Part shown: positions 1-9,500 of the stretch, piece by piece
Numbering within the stretch: the first letter of the stretch is position 1
Layout: every line of letters begins with the position of its first letter
Assembly (NCBI GenBank): GCA_050734425.1
Contig: JBOHUL010000064.1
Coordinates: forward strand, 16,683-80,682
Reading direction: 5' to 3'
From: Candidatus Dormibacteria bacterium
Lineage (GTDB): Bacteria > Chloroflexota > Dormibacteria > Aeolococcales > Bog-877
Length of the DNA: 64,000 bases
Translations under genes and position numbers: made by a program
The notes under the pieces: generated by a model
Databases searched by the model: none
Told to the model about the DNA's origin: nothing
The model's input: only the letters and a program-made list of their open reading frames with translations

Positions 1-44
1 GAGCTACCTGGCCGGAGCCTGAGTCGGCTCGCAGGCGCGACCCC

Positions 45-326
45 TCAGTGCCCTGAGGGGTGGTAGCTCCTCCGGTTCTGGCTCATGTTGGTGGCCAGGA
101 CCGCCAGGCCGCCCAGCAGAATCGCGACCACGATCGCGATCACGATCGAGCCGTACTTGCCGCCGGAGGTCTTGCTGCCGATCTCCGCGAGCGAGATGAA
201 GCCTCCCAGGAGAGACCCCACCAGCCCGCCCACGACCCTGATCAGGGCGGCGAGACCTCGGCTCTTGCGCACCCAGAATGCGCCGACCACCAGCCCGATC
301 ACGATGAATGCGACTAGATGAAGCAC
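45..326 (-). CDS. GlsB/YeaQ/YmgE-family small membrane protein (transglycosylase-associated, general stress)
   Basis: 93-aa ORF with two glycine-rich hydrophobic helices (GLVVGAFW..., GGLVGSLLGGFI...), typical of the YeaQ/YmgE family; sits next to the pspA cluster. Confidence 0.5.
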   Translation of the reverse strand: MLHLVAFIVIGLVVGAFWVRKSRGLAALIRVVGGLVGSLLGGFISLAEIGSKTSGGKYGSIVIAIVVAILLGGLAVLATNMSQNRRSYHPSGH

Positions 327-328
327 GA

Positions 329-1114
329 CTAACCTCCTGTGCGCTGGCGATCCGGTGGCGGTTCCGAGGCGGCTGGTTCCGGGCCGACCGATGAGGAGTG
401 CCGGTCGTGGCGGAGCTGGGCCAGCTTAGTCTCCACATTGGTGCCGGCGCTGCCCGGGCGGAGCTGGGCGTCGATATCGTCGCCCTCCGAACCCAGGCTG
501 GACCCGATCCCGGAGGCGACCAGCTGCTGGATGGCCTCGGCTCGGGCCTGGAGCTGACGCACGTTGTCCTCGCCCCGTTCCAGCATGAGACGGGTGTCGC
601 CCGAACCCTGGGCCAGCCCGGTCAGGACCTCGCCGGCCTGAACGCTGGCCTGGGCGGCCGCGTACTGGGCCTTGAGGCTGTCGCGCTGGGTGCGGAACGA
701 GTCGACCCGGCCGCTCAGCCGTTGGACAGTCATCGCCAGCTTCTGCTCCTGGCTGCTCAGTGCCTCGATGTGGTGCTCGAGGGCGCGCATTTGGTTCTCC
801 GTCTCGAGGGCCCGAGCCAGCGCCAGCCGGGCCATGTCGTCCCGGCCGCGGATGACCTCCGCCCGGGCCTCCTCCCGGAGGCGCTCCTGGCGCTGGCGCA
901 GCTCACCCGCCTGGAGCTGCAACCTCCGCTCCGAGGTGACCACCTCCGCGACCCCCCTGCGGACTTGGCGGAGCGCCTCCAGCTGCCGGCGATAGGAGAG
1001 GTCGAGCGCGTCGGCGGGATTCTCGGCCTGGTCGAACAGCCGGTCGAGTCGGCGTTGGACCCTTGTGAGCAGGCGCCGCCCCAGAAGCGTGCGCGATGCG
1101 ATCGCGAGCGCCAC
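329..1114 (-). CDS. pspA: PspA/IM30 (phage shock protein A) family protein, paralog 1
   Basis: Coiled-coil protein, LDRLFDQAENPADALDLSYRRQLEALRQVRRGVAEVVTSERRLQ..., colinear with the second PspA paralog in this window. The tool ORF runs to 1366, but the homologous N-terminus begins near an in-frame GTG (1114) or TTG (1144); no ATG is present. Upstream sequence is antisense to an ABC-ATPase remnant. Confidence 0.75.
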   Translation of the reverse strand: MALAIASRTLLGRRLLTRVQRRLDRLFDQAENPADALDLSYRRQLEALRQVRRGVAEVVTSERRLQLQAGELRQRQERLREEARAEVIRGRDDMARLALARALETENQMRALEHHIEALSSQEQKLAMTVQRLSGRVDSFRTQRDSLKAQYAAAQASVQAGEVLTGLAQGSGDTRLMLERGEDNVRQLQARAEAIQQLVASGIGSSLGSEGDDIDAQLRPGSAGTNVETKLAQLRHDRHSSSVGPEPAASEPPPDRQRTGG

Positions 1115-1319
1115 TGCGGCTGCGAGTATCTCCAGACCGAACAAGCCCGCGGGCCTCCAAACCCTTGCACCGAAGCGACCGCCCTGTGGCCGCCATGTTA
1201 ACGTCGCGCTGAGATCGCCGATCCCACGCTCTGACTCGCCGCCATTCCCAGGGGGCGCGACACTCCGGTCGGCTCCAGGGGGAGGCCTTGGCCCCCGCCG
1301 GGGCCAGCGGGTGGCAGGC

Positions 1320-1616
1320 ACGGCTGCTTTTGGCGGCCCCCACACCCTGGTGCTGGACGAAGCCACCTCGATCCTCGACCCTCGCTCCGCCCGGGCACCA
1401 GGAGCGCTTGCCGGGCAAGGCGCTGGAGGGCAGGACGGTGATCAGCGTCTCCCATCGCCGGGGCAGACTGCAGCCGCCGACCTGGTCGTGATGCTCAACG
1501 GGGAGCGGGTGGGTTCGCACCACCAGCTACTGGGGGAAGGCGGCCGCTACGCCGATCTCTGGCGCGCCGACGGAGGGGAGATGGACGACACTTCGGCAGG
1601 GGGAGGCCAACCCTAG
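1320..1616 (+). pseudogene. Remnant of ABC transporter ATP-binding domain C-terminus (Walker B and H-loop), frameshifted
   Basis: One frame reads ...HTLVLDEATSILD... (Walker B) and ...LNGERVGSHHQLLGEGGRYADLW (typical ABC exporter C-terminus). A second frame (1288..1491) carries GRTVISVSHRRG (H-loop). No N-terminal half is present. Confidence 0.4.
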
Positions 1617-1666
1617 CCGTGCCTCTGCCGCGCGTGGGCAGGACCCAAACGGGTATATAGGGGCGT

Positions 1667-2590
1667 ATGCATCGCAAGCTGGGCGCCGACATCGGGCTCA
1701 CCGCCCGAATGTTCTTGGCCCTGTTCCTCCTGGGGGTTCTCTATCTCGCCTTCATAGGGGTGCTCTTGCTCCTCCGGGTGGACATCGCCGTGATCGTCGT
1801 GGTGGTCGCGGTGCTGCTGGTGGCCCAGTACTTCTACTCCGACAAGCTGGTCTTGAACAGCCTCCACGCCCACCTGGTGACGGCCTCGCAGCAGCCACAG
1901 CTGTTCGACATTGTCGGCCGCCTCTGCCAGATCACCGGGATGCCGATGCCCCAGATCGCGGTCATCCCCTCGCCGGTGCCCAACGCGCTGGCAACTGGGC
2001 GCAATCCCAAGCACTCGGTGGTGGCGGTCACGACCGGCATCCTCAACCAGCTGGAGCCCCAAGAGCTGGAGGCGGTGATCGCGCACGAGCTGAGTCACGT
2101 GATCCACAAAGACGTGAAGGTCATGGCCATGGCCAGCTTCTTCGCGACGGTCGCCTCGCTCCTGGTGCAGTCCGGGCTTTGGTTCGGCATGTTCGGCGGA
2201 TTCGGAGGGATGGGCGGTTATGGTCGCGGCCGTTCCAGCGACGAAGGCGAGGGCATGATCCTCGTGATCTTGGCGGCGGCCGTGGTCTGGGCGGTGAGCT
2301 TCGTTCTGATCCGGGCCCTCTCGCGCTACCGGGAGTACGCGGCTGACCGGGGCTCGGCCATCATCACCCGCGACCCGAGCCAGCTGGCCTCGGCGCTGCA
2401 GAAGATCAGCGGGACCATGACCCGCATCCCGAGCCGCGACCTACGCCAGGTGCAGTCGGCTAACGCCTTGATGATCTTCCCGGCGGTCCACATGGGCAAG
2501 GGCAGCCTGGCGGAGATCTTCTCCACCCACCCCTCCCTGGAGCACCGGCTGCGCCGCCTCAGCCAGCTGGAGCGGGAGATGCTGGGCTAG
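1667..2590 (+). CDS. htpX: Zn-dependent M48 protease HtpX
   Basis: N-terminal TM helices, HELSHV (HEXXH) motif, GRNPKHSVVAVTTGIL, C-terminal ...FSTHPSLEHRL typical of HtpX. Confidence 0.85.
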   Translation: MHRKLGADIGLTARMFLALFLLGVLYLAFIGVLLLLRVDIAVIVVVVAVLLVAQYFYSDKLVLNSLHAHLVTASQQPQLFDIVGRLCQITGMPMPQIAVIPSPVPNALATGRNPKHSVVAVTTGILNQLEPQELEAVIAHELSHVIHKDVKVMAMASFFATVASLLVQSGLWFGMFGGFGGMGGYGRGRSSDEGEGMILVILAAAVVWAVSFVLIRALSRYREYAADRGSAIITRDPSQLASALQKISGTMTRIPSRDLRQVQSANALMIFPAVHMGKGSLAEIFSTHPSLEHRLRRLSQLEREMLG

Positions 2591-2601
2591 GCGGTCCCGC
2601 C

Positions 2602-3177
2602 TTGGGATTCCTCGATTCCCTGATCGGGCGCACCAAACTTCCCAAGTCCAACGAGGACAAGATCTTCGCCATCGGCACGGCCGCGGTCGGCCTGGAGGCG
2701 TCCGCTTCCCTGAGCCCCGCCGGTCGGGTGGGGGTGGTGTTCAAGTCACTGCCCCCGGGCCGCTTCGACCAGCTGATCCAGGACACGGTGCAGATGCTCC
2801 AGATCAAGGACAGCACCAGTCCCGATGACCCCCTCAAGGTCAAGGACGTCAGGGACGAGCTGGGCTACGAGTGGCTGATTGTCGACGGAGACGACTTCGA
2901 CGGCCTGGTCGCCGCGCTCCACGGGGTGGCGCTGGGCTTGGAGGAGGAGGGGCTGGGCGGCTGTCTCTTGGCGGCGGTCTTCCCCTTTCTCCAGCGGGAC
3001 CGGCGGGTCTACTTCATCTACGGCTACAAGCAGGGCACCTTCTACCCCTTCGTCCCCAGCGGCGACCGCCAGCGCGACAACGCCGCCGAACTCGACCTGG
3101 CCACCAGGGCCAAGGAGGACCTGCCCATCGAGCCCAATCTCAGTTCCTGGTTCCCGCTCTGGGGGGTGCCGGTCTAG
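2602..3177 (+). CDS. Hypothetical cytoplasmic protein, possibly PspA-associated, immediately after htpX and convergent with pspA paralog 2
   Basis: 191-aa ORF, 12 bp after htpX; I recognise no domain. Its location between htpX and the second pspA suggests co-function (inference). Confidence 0.45.
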   Translation: MGFLDSLIGRTKLPKSNEDKIFAIGTAAVGLEASASLSPAGRVGVVFKSLPPGRFDQLIQDTVQMLQIKDSTSPDDPLKVKDVRDELGYEWLIVDGDDFDGLVAALHGVALGLEEEGLGGCLLAAVFPFLQRDRRVYFIYGYKQGTFYPFVPSGDRQRDNAAELDLATRAKEDLPIEPNLSSWFPLWGVPV

Positions 3178-3188
3178 ATGGACCGGGG

Positions 3189-4289
3189 TCAGGAGGCCTG
3201 GGCGCTGGCCTCCACGACTGTGCCGCCATCGGACATGAGCTTGGTCGCCTCCTCCAGGGTCATGTCCTCTGAGGGCAGGACCACGTCGGAGGGCAGCAGC
3301 GAATCGTTGGGCAGCTTGCTGCCGTGGGCGCGGACGAAGTTGAGCATGGCGCCGAGGGCGCCGGTGTAGGCACCCTGGTCCTGGGAGTCGATCGCCTTGC
3401 CCAGGGCGTTGTCCAAGGGCTCCAACTGGGGGCGCTCCGCGATGCTGAGCCGGTATTGGTCCTCGCCTGAGATCCGAACCACCACGCTCGGGGCGCCGCC
3501 GTTGCCGGCTGGGGCCTGGGGGCTGGCCGCCTGGCTCTCTTCGGCGGCCGATTGGTTGGAGGAGGCGATCCGAGGTGCCGACTCGGGCGCTCCCAGCACC
3601 TCCTGCTTCAGCGCCGCCAGCTGGGCGTCGACCTGGGAGTCGGTGAGGTGCCCCTGCAGCTGGCGGTCGATGTCGTCGCCGGAGTTCAGCCCGATGGTGT
3701 CCAGGGTGCCGCTGTCCATCAGGGAGTCGATCGCCTGGGAGCGTGCCTGCATCTGCTGGGTCTTGTCCTGGGCCCGCTCGACCATGAGGTTGACGTCGGT
3801 CATCTGCTCCGAGAGGCCGGTCACGGCCTCTCCGATCTGGGTCGAGGCCTTGGCTGCCGAGTACTGGGCCTTGAGGGTCTCGCGCTGGGTCTTGAATGAA
3901 GCGACCTTGGCGGTCAGCTTCTGGGCGGTGACCTCCAGCTTCTGCTCTTGGTCTTTGAGCTGCTGGATCTGAGCCGTCATCGCGTCAGCCTGGGCCTTGG
4001 CATCCTGGGCCCGGGTCAAGGCCAGTCGCGCCAGGTCCTCACGGCCCTGCTGCAGCGCCAGCTTGGCCTGGGTCTGGCACTTGTCCTGCGTCTGCTGCAG
4101 CTGGGCCTGCTGCATCTCAAGGCGCTTCTCCGAAGTCAAAACCGTGGCCACGCTGGCCTTGACCTTGGAGAGAGCCTCCATCTGCTTCTGGTAGGAGAGG
4201 TCCAAGGCATCCATCGGGTTCTCGGCCCGGTCCATGACCTTGTTGGCCTTCTGCTGGAACAGGTCGGACATCCGGCGCATGATGCTCAT
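3189..4289 (-). CDS. pspA: PspA/IM30 family protein, paralog 2, with ~130-aa C-terminal extension
   Basis: MSIMRRMSDLFQQKANKVMDRAENPMDALDLSYQKQMEAL... is a classic PspA N-terminus and coiled coil. AAGGAG RBS lies upstream of the ATG. The C-terminal ~130 aa are non-coiled and of unknown fold. Confidence 0.8.
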   Translation of the reverse strand: MSIMRRMSDLFQQKANKVMDRAENPMDALDLSYQKQMEALSKVKASVATVLTSEKRLEMQQAQLQQTQDKCQTQAKLALQQGREDLARLALTRAQDAKAQADAMTAQIQQLKDQEQKLEVTAQKLTAKVASFKTQRETLKAQYSAAKASTQIGEAVTGLSEQMTDVNLMVERAQDKTQQMQARSQAIDSLMDSGTLDTIGLNSGDDIDRQLQGHLTDSQVDAQLAALKQEVLGAPESAPRIASSNQSAAEESQAASPQAPAGNGGAPSVVVRISGEDQYRLSIAERPQLEPLDNALGKAIDSQDQGAYTGALGAMLNFVRAHGSKLPNDSLLPSDVVLPSEDMTLEEATKLMSDGGTVVEASAQAS

Positions 4290-4404
4290 CTCGGTCTCCT
4301 TGCTCGGCGGTGGCGGCCCCGCGCCCCCAGCGGCCCAGCCCCGATCTTAGCGGCTGATCGAGCTCAACTCTGCCACATTAGTTGATGTCCTGCGAGGGCG
4401 TCGG

Positions 4405-4779
4405 TCACGCGAGACGGCGTCCTTTCATGCCCGGTCGATCCGGCCCTATCAGGACCACATCGGCGGGGTCATCCTCGGAGACAAGCCCTAGCACCAGGAC
4501 GTCGCTGCGATAACCGGCGATCCGGCGTGGCCCGAGGTTGACCGCCGCCAGCACCTCGCGCCCCTCCAGCTCCTCGGGTCGGTAGCGACGGGTCAGCTGG
4601 GCGCTGGACTGCAGCCGCCCGAGCCCCGGGCCGAAGTCGATCTCGAGCTTAATCGCCGGCCGCCGAGCTTCGGGGAAGTGCCGGGCTCGGACCACTACCC
4701 CGCAGCGGATGTCAATTCGTTCCCAGGCCCCGGCGGCGTCGGTCCCTACTGGCTCGTCCGGTCTGTTCATGGGGGCCAC
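4405..4779 (-). CDS. tRNA-binding (EMAP/CsaA-like) domain protein
   Basis: KLEIDFGPGLGRLQSSAQLT...EELEGREVLAAVNLGPRRIAGYRSDVLVLG resembles the CsaA/Trbp111 OB-fold tRNA-binding domain. Confidence 0.5.
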   Translation of the reverse strand: MAPMNRPDEPVGTDAAGAWERIDIRCGVVVRARHFPEARRPAIKLEIDFGPGLGRLQSSAQLTRRYRPEELEGREVLAAVNLGPRRIAGYRSDVLVLGLVSEDDPADVVLIGPDRPGMKGRRLA

Positions 4780-4843
4780 CCCCTCCTGGGTCGTGCTTTG
4801 CAGGGGCCCGGATGTCGATCGGGCCCTCGGTATACTCCGGCGC

Positions 4844-4926
4844 GGGCGGGTACCGAAGTGGTTAAACGGGGCTGACTGTAGATCAGCTGGCTCATGCCTA
4901 CGGGGGTTCGAATCCCTCCCCGCCCA
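4844..4926 (+). tRNA. tRNA-Tyr (anticodon GUA), type II with long variable arm; CCA not encoded
   Basis: Folded by hand: acceptor GGGCGGG/CCCGCCC, D arm, anticodon stem GCUGA/UCAGC with loop CUGUAGA, long variable hairpin GGC-ucau-GCC, T arm GGGGG-UUCGAAU-CCCUC. Coordinates +/-2. Confidence 0.8.
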
Positions 4927-4960
4927 GTGACTGGCGGCCCTACGCGCCTCGGCGCGGAGG

Positions 4961-5080
4961 ATGAGCGTCTACCTCGCCTCGGAGGAGACCGCCCACCTCG
5001 CCGCGATTGCCGAGCGCGAGCGGACGTCCCAGCCAGAGGTCAGTCACCGTGAGGTCCGGCTCCACGACCCGAACACAAGG
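4961..5080 (+). pseudogene. Possible ribbon-helix-helix (CopG/ParD-like) antitoxin-type gene fragment
   Basis: GGAGG RBS 4 nt before the ATG. The N-terminus MSVYLASEETAHLAAIAERERTSQPEVSHREVR fits the RHH pattern (beta strand, then helix A, then G/S turn, then helix B). The ORF then degenerates into low complexity and runs through tRNA-Thr, so it cannot be intact. No toxin partner was found. Confidence 0.25.
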
Positions 5081-5278
5081 GCAACCGCAGCGTCGCGCCC
5101 ATCGACATCGCCGAAGCTCGCGGCGCGTCGATCGCCGGCCTCCGCGACGACGCCTTGCTCGTGGGCCCTGCGGCTGCCACACTGCGGCGCAGCCGGGCCC
5201 CGTCGGATCTCAGTCCAGGGGAGCTGGCGCTCGGCCCCGCCCCGGGCTGGAGGGCGTCTCCATAATGACGCTCGGCAC

Positions 5279-5350
5279 GCCCAGGTAGCTCAGTGGCAGA
5301 GCGCTTCCTTGGTAAGGAAGAGGTCGCGGGTTCAATCCCCGCCCTGGGCT
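5279..5350 (+). tRNA. tRNA-Thr (anticodon GGU); CCA not encoded
   Basis: Hand fold: acceptor GCCCAGG/CCUGGGC, D arm GCUC-AGUGGCA-GAGC, anticodon stem CUUCC/GGAAG with loop UUGGUAA, T arm GCGGG-UUCAAUC-CCCGC. Confidence 0.8.
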
Positions 5351-5465
5351 CTTCTGATCTCAAGGCCACCACTTAGCTGGTAATGATGCACACCGCGACG
5401 TTGTCGGACCCGACCTCGCCGTCATTCGCCAAGAGCGCAGAGTCAGCTGGCGCGGAAACCCGCGC

Positions 5466-5911
5466 CTAGCTGTACCTCCCACGTAGGTTGTTGCCACGAG
5501 TCACTGGAGGGAGCCTGCCAACCGCGGTGTGGGCGCGGTGATAGTTGTAGCGGTGCACCCAGGCGGGGAGCACGCGGGTCCGGCTGCTGTTGCTGATGTA
5601 GGGGCGGAAGTAAGCCCACTCCTCGAGCAGGGGGCGGTTGAAGCGCTCCACGTTGCCGTTCAACTGGGGGTGGTAGCGGGGGGTGAGCAGCTGGCGGATC
5701 CGGAGCTCGGACAGTGCGTGCCGGAAGTCGTTGGAGATCCGGTAGGCCTTGGCGTTGTCGGACATCACCGCCCCCACCTGGATCCCCAGCCCCTGGTAGA
5801 ACTGCTACGCCCGGCGCAGGCAAGCCGCGCACGGGGTTGCTCGCGGTGCGCCTCCACGTAGGCCAGCTGGCGGTGGTCGTCCACGGCGCAGTGCAGGTAG
5901 TCGTAGCCCTG
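5466..5911 (-). mobile_element. IS481-family (rve/DDE) transposase, C-terminal half only, frameshifted; decayed IS
   Basis: Two minus-strand frames: ...GYDYLHCAVDDHRQLAYVEAH... and ...AKAYRISNDF...YHPQLNGNVERFNRPLLEEWAYFRPYISNSSRTRVLPAWVHRYNYHRAHTAVGRLPPVTRGNNLRGRYS match the integrase-core C-terminus of IS481 transposases. N-terminal HTH and the first part of the core are absent. Confidence 0.6.
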
Positions 5912-5977
5912 CCCCGTCGCGTGCGGTACCTGCCCTCGCCCCCGGACCGGACCCGGCCCCACTCCGGGCGCGGCCGA

Positions 5978-6376
5978 GTGGCAAGAACCGGAGCCCTGCT
6001 GCGCCCACTCATCGGGGAGGCGGCCTTCCGGGCCTGCGTCCGCACCCACTGGCTGCTGATCGCCCTGGCCGTGGCGGTGCCTCTGGGCCTGGCGGCGGCG
6101 TTTGCTGCCGCCCTCAGCTCCGGTGCTCTCCGGAGCGTGCTGGCGCTGGTCTGGCTGCTCTGCGCCCTCGCCTGTGTCATCGCCGCCTTCCTAGGTCTCA
6201 TCTGGAGCCGGCGGGCCAACGCCCTCACCAGCGACCGGCTCACCTCGCAGCTGGATACCCGCTTCGGATTCGGGGCGGGGGCGCGAGGCTCGATGTGGCG
6301 TCGTGGAAGCGCCAGATCGATCGGGCGCTGCGCCGCTATCGCCAGACCAACCGTCGCAGATGGCCTCACCAGGTAA
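5978..6376 (+). pseudogene. Small 2-TM membrane protein gene (paralog A), frameshifted; paralogous to 12246..12626
   Basis: GTG-initiated frame reads ...LLRPLIGEAAFRACVRTHW plus two hydrophobic helices. The C-terminal homology (RLDVASWKRQIDRALRRYRQTNRRRW) continues in a different frame (6295..), indicating a frameshift near 6290. The protein-level match to the intact minus-strand paralog is clear. Confidence 0.4.
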
Positions 6377-6529
6377 CGGGGACGGCCAGGCAGATCAGCG
6401 GCGGCCGGGGCAAGCGGGCGCAACCTCGCGCGCGACCCGGCCTGGGCACTTTGGCACATCTCGATCTGTCGTGCTCTGGCGATCCCTGCCCGCCCGCGCT
6501 AACCTGCCCTAGACATTTGAGGTCTGTCT

Positions 6530-9500
6530 TTGATTTGTAGCAATTGTCAGGCGGAGACGACTCCTGGGCGGCGGTTCTGCGGGCAGTGCGGAGCGCCCCT
6601 GGCTCATGCTTGTGCCGCCTGCGGGGCGGCCAACCCGCCGGGGGCGAGGTTCTGCGAAGAGTGCGGCACGTCGCTCCAGCCGGTCCCGGCGGCGACTCCC
6701 GCGCCCGCTGCGGCAGCACCGCCACCGGCGCCTGGCAGCGAGACCATCGAGCTCAGATTCGTCTCGGTCGCGTTCGCCGACCTGGTCGGGTTCACCACCC
6801 TCGCCGAGGGTCGGGACCCGGAGGAGGTCCGCGAGCTCCTGACACGCTATTTTGAAGTCGCCAGGGAGCTGGTCAGCCGTTACGGGGGGACGGTGGAGAA
6901 GTTCATCGGGGACGCGGTCATGGCGGTCTGGGGAACCCCCACCGCCCAGGAGGACGATGCCGAGCGCGCGGTCCGCGCCTCCCTGGACCTGGTCGAGGCG
7001 GTCGGCCAGCTGGGGCTGCAGATGGGCTTGCCCGGGCTCTCGGCCCGAGCGGGGGTGCTCAGCGGCACGGCTGCCGTGACCGTCGGGGCCAGGGGCCAGG
7101 GGATGGTAGCCGGGGACCTGGTCAACACCGCCTCGCGGATCCAGGGCCAGGGTGCACCGGGACAGGTCCTGGTCGGGGAGACCACCAAGCGGGCTACCGA
7201 GGCGGCGATCGCCTACCAGGAGCTGGGGACGAAGAGCCTCAAGGGCAAGGGCGAGCCGACCGCGCTCTTCCAGGCGCTGCGGGTGGTGGCGGGGCTCGGA
7301 GGGATGCTCAAGTCGCAGCGCCTGGAAGCCCCTTTCGTGGGCCGTGAACGAGAGCTCCGCCTGGTCAAGGAGGTCTTCCACACCTCGACCGAGGAGCGCC
7401 GCGCCCACCTGGTGCAGGTGACTGGGGTGGCCGGGATCGGCAAGTCCCGGCTCGGTTGGGAGTTCTTCAAGTACATCGACGGGCTCCAGTCCGGCTACCT
7501 GTGGCATCGGGGCCGCTGCCTGGCCTACGGCCAGGGCATCACCTACTTCGCGCTCGCCGAGATGGTGCGCGGGCGGCTCGGGATCGTGGAGCAGGACCCG
7601 CCCGAGGTCGAGCAGGCCAAGCTCACCGCGACCCTGGAGCAGTACCTCCACGACGCCGACGACCGCGCCTTCGTCGCTCCCCGCTTGGCCCACTTGATCG
7701 GGTTGGCGGAGCGAACCGCCCCCGACCAGCAGGATCTCTTCGCCGCCTGGCGGCTCTTCTTCGAACGCATGGCCGAGGACAGCCCGGTGGTTCTGGTCTT
7801 CGAGGACATGCAGTGGGCGGACTCGGCCCTGCTGGAGTTCATCACCTACCTGATGGAGTGGTCCCGGAACTTCCCCCTGTTCGTCATGAGCCTGGTCCGC
7901 CCTGAGACGGCTCAGGCGGGCCTCGGGGCAAGCACTCGAAACGCCACCCTGATCCACCTGGAGCCGCTGTCCCCCGGGGCGATGGAGCAACTGCTCACGG
8001 GACTGGTCCCGGGCATCCCCCGCCTTCTGGCGGAGCGGATCCAGCAGCGGGCCCAGGGCGTGCCCCTCTATGCGGTGGAGACGGTGCGGATGCTCCTCGA
8101 CCGGGGCTTGCTGGTCGAAGACGGAGCCGCCTACCGGCCGACGGCCGAAATCGAGACGCTGGAGGTCCCGGACACTCTCCAGGCGCTGATCCTGGCCCGG
8201 CTCGACGGGATGGAGCCCGCGGAGAGACAACTGGTCCAGGAGGCTTCCGTGCTGGGTAAAACCTTCACCCTCGAGACCCTGGCCCGACTCTCGGGCGACA
8301 CCCACCAGGTAGTTGGGGCGGTGCTGCATGCGCTGGTGGCCAAGGAGGTCCTGGCGATCCAGAGCGATCCCCGCTCTCCCGAGCGGGGCCGCTACGGCTT
8401 TCTCCAGGACCTGGTGCGGACGGTCGCCTACGAGACACTCTCCAAGCGGGATCGGCGGTCCAAGCACCTGGCGGTGGCGACCGTCCTGGAGGCTGCCGCC
8501 GGCGACTCCGAGGATCTGGTCGAGGAGCTGGCCTCGCACTATCTGCAGGCCTGGCGCCTGGACCCGGACTCTGACGACGGCGGCGAGATCCGAAGGAAGG
8601 CCCGACGGCTTCTGGTCCGAACCGCCGAGCGGGCCGCCCAGCGGGCGGCGGTCGATGAGGCCCACGCCGCCTTCCAACGGGCCTCAGAACTGAGCGAGTC
8701 GCCGCTGGAGCGCGGTGCCCTGACTGAGCGGGCGGGGCAGATGGCGGAGCAGAGCGGCCAGCTGGACGAGGCGGACCAGCTCTACGAGGAGGCGACGCGG
8801 CTGCTCAAGGAGGGAGGCGACCACCGCGGGGCCGCCAGAGCCCAGGCGCGGCTGGCGGGGTCGGAGTACCAGCGGCTGCAGGTGGAGCAGGCGACCAAGC
8901 GAATGCAGCATGCGTACGCGGAGATGGCGACAGACGATCCCGACCCCGACGTCGCCGTGGTCACGGCCCAGCTCGGTCGCTTCCTGGCGCTTCAGGGCGA
9001 TGCCGAAAAGGCAGCACCGCTGCTGGAGCGAGCCCTGCACCTGGCGGAGCTGCTGGAGCTGCCTGACGTCTACTCTCAGGCCTTGAGCAGCAAGGCGGTC
9101 GTTCTCATGGGCCAAGACCGGATGGACGAGGCAGTGGTGCTCCTGCGGCGGGCCCTAGAGGTGGCCCTGGAGCACAGCCTCACCTTGGCCGCCAACCGCG
9201 CCTACAACAACCTGGGAACGGTGCTGGAGGCCCAGGAGCGCTACTCGGAGTTGGTCACCATGCTCACCCAGCAACTTGAGTTCGCCCGTAGGGTCGGCGA
9301 CCGCCCCTGGGAGCTCAGCACCCTGCTGGCCCATGTGACACCGTTGATGGGGCTCGGGCAATGGGACGAGGCCGTGGCCATGGTCGCGGAGGCCCGGGCG
9401 ACCGAACTGCCCTTGGTGGCATTCGCATGGAGCCAACTGGTGAGCCTGGTTAGCCTCCACTGCCACAGGGGCGAACTGGACGAGGCCGAGAGGGTTTTGG

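Noticed and set aside
5040-5372. 110-aa minus-strand ORF and 140-aa plus-strand ORF (4961..5383) covering tRNA-Thr
   Set aside because: Both read through the tRNA-Thr gene (…AGIEPATSSLPRKRSATELP… is simply the tRNA translated). Only the first ~40 codons of the plus-strand ORF (RHH-like) were kept, as a low-confidence fragment.
6509-8677. 722-aa ORF on the minus strand antisense to the cyclase–STAND gene. Similar long antisense ORFs include 20131..21618, 25213..26484, 33969..36017 and 43705..45228.
   Set aside because: These are typical stop-codon-poor antisense frames of a 70% GC genome. The sense strands carry unmistakable, conserved proteins (RpoC, ribosomal proteins and others), and the antisense translations are low-complexity Arg/Gly/Pro-rich with no recognisable homology.
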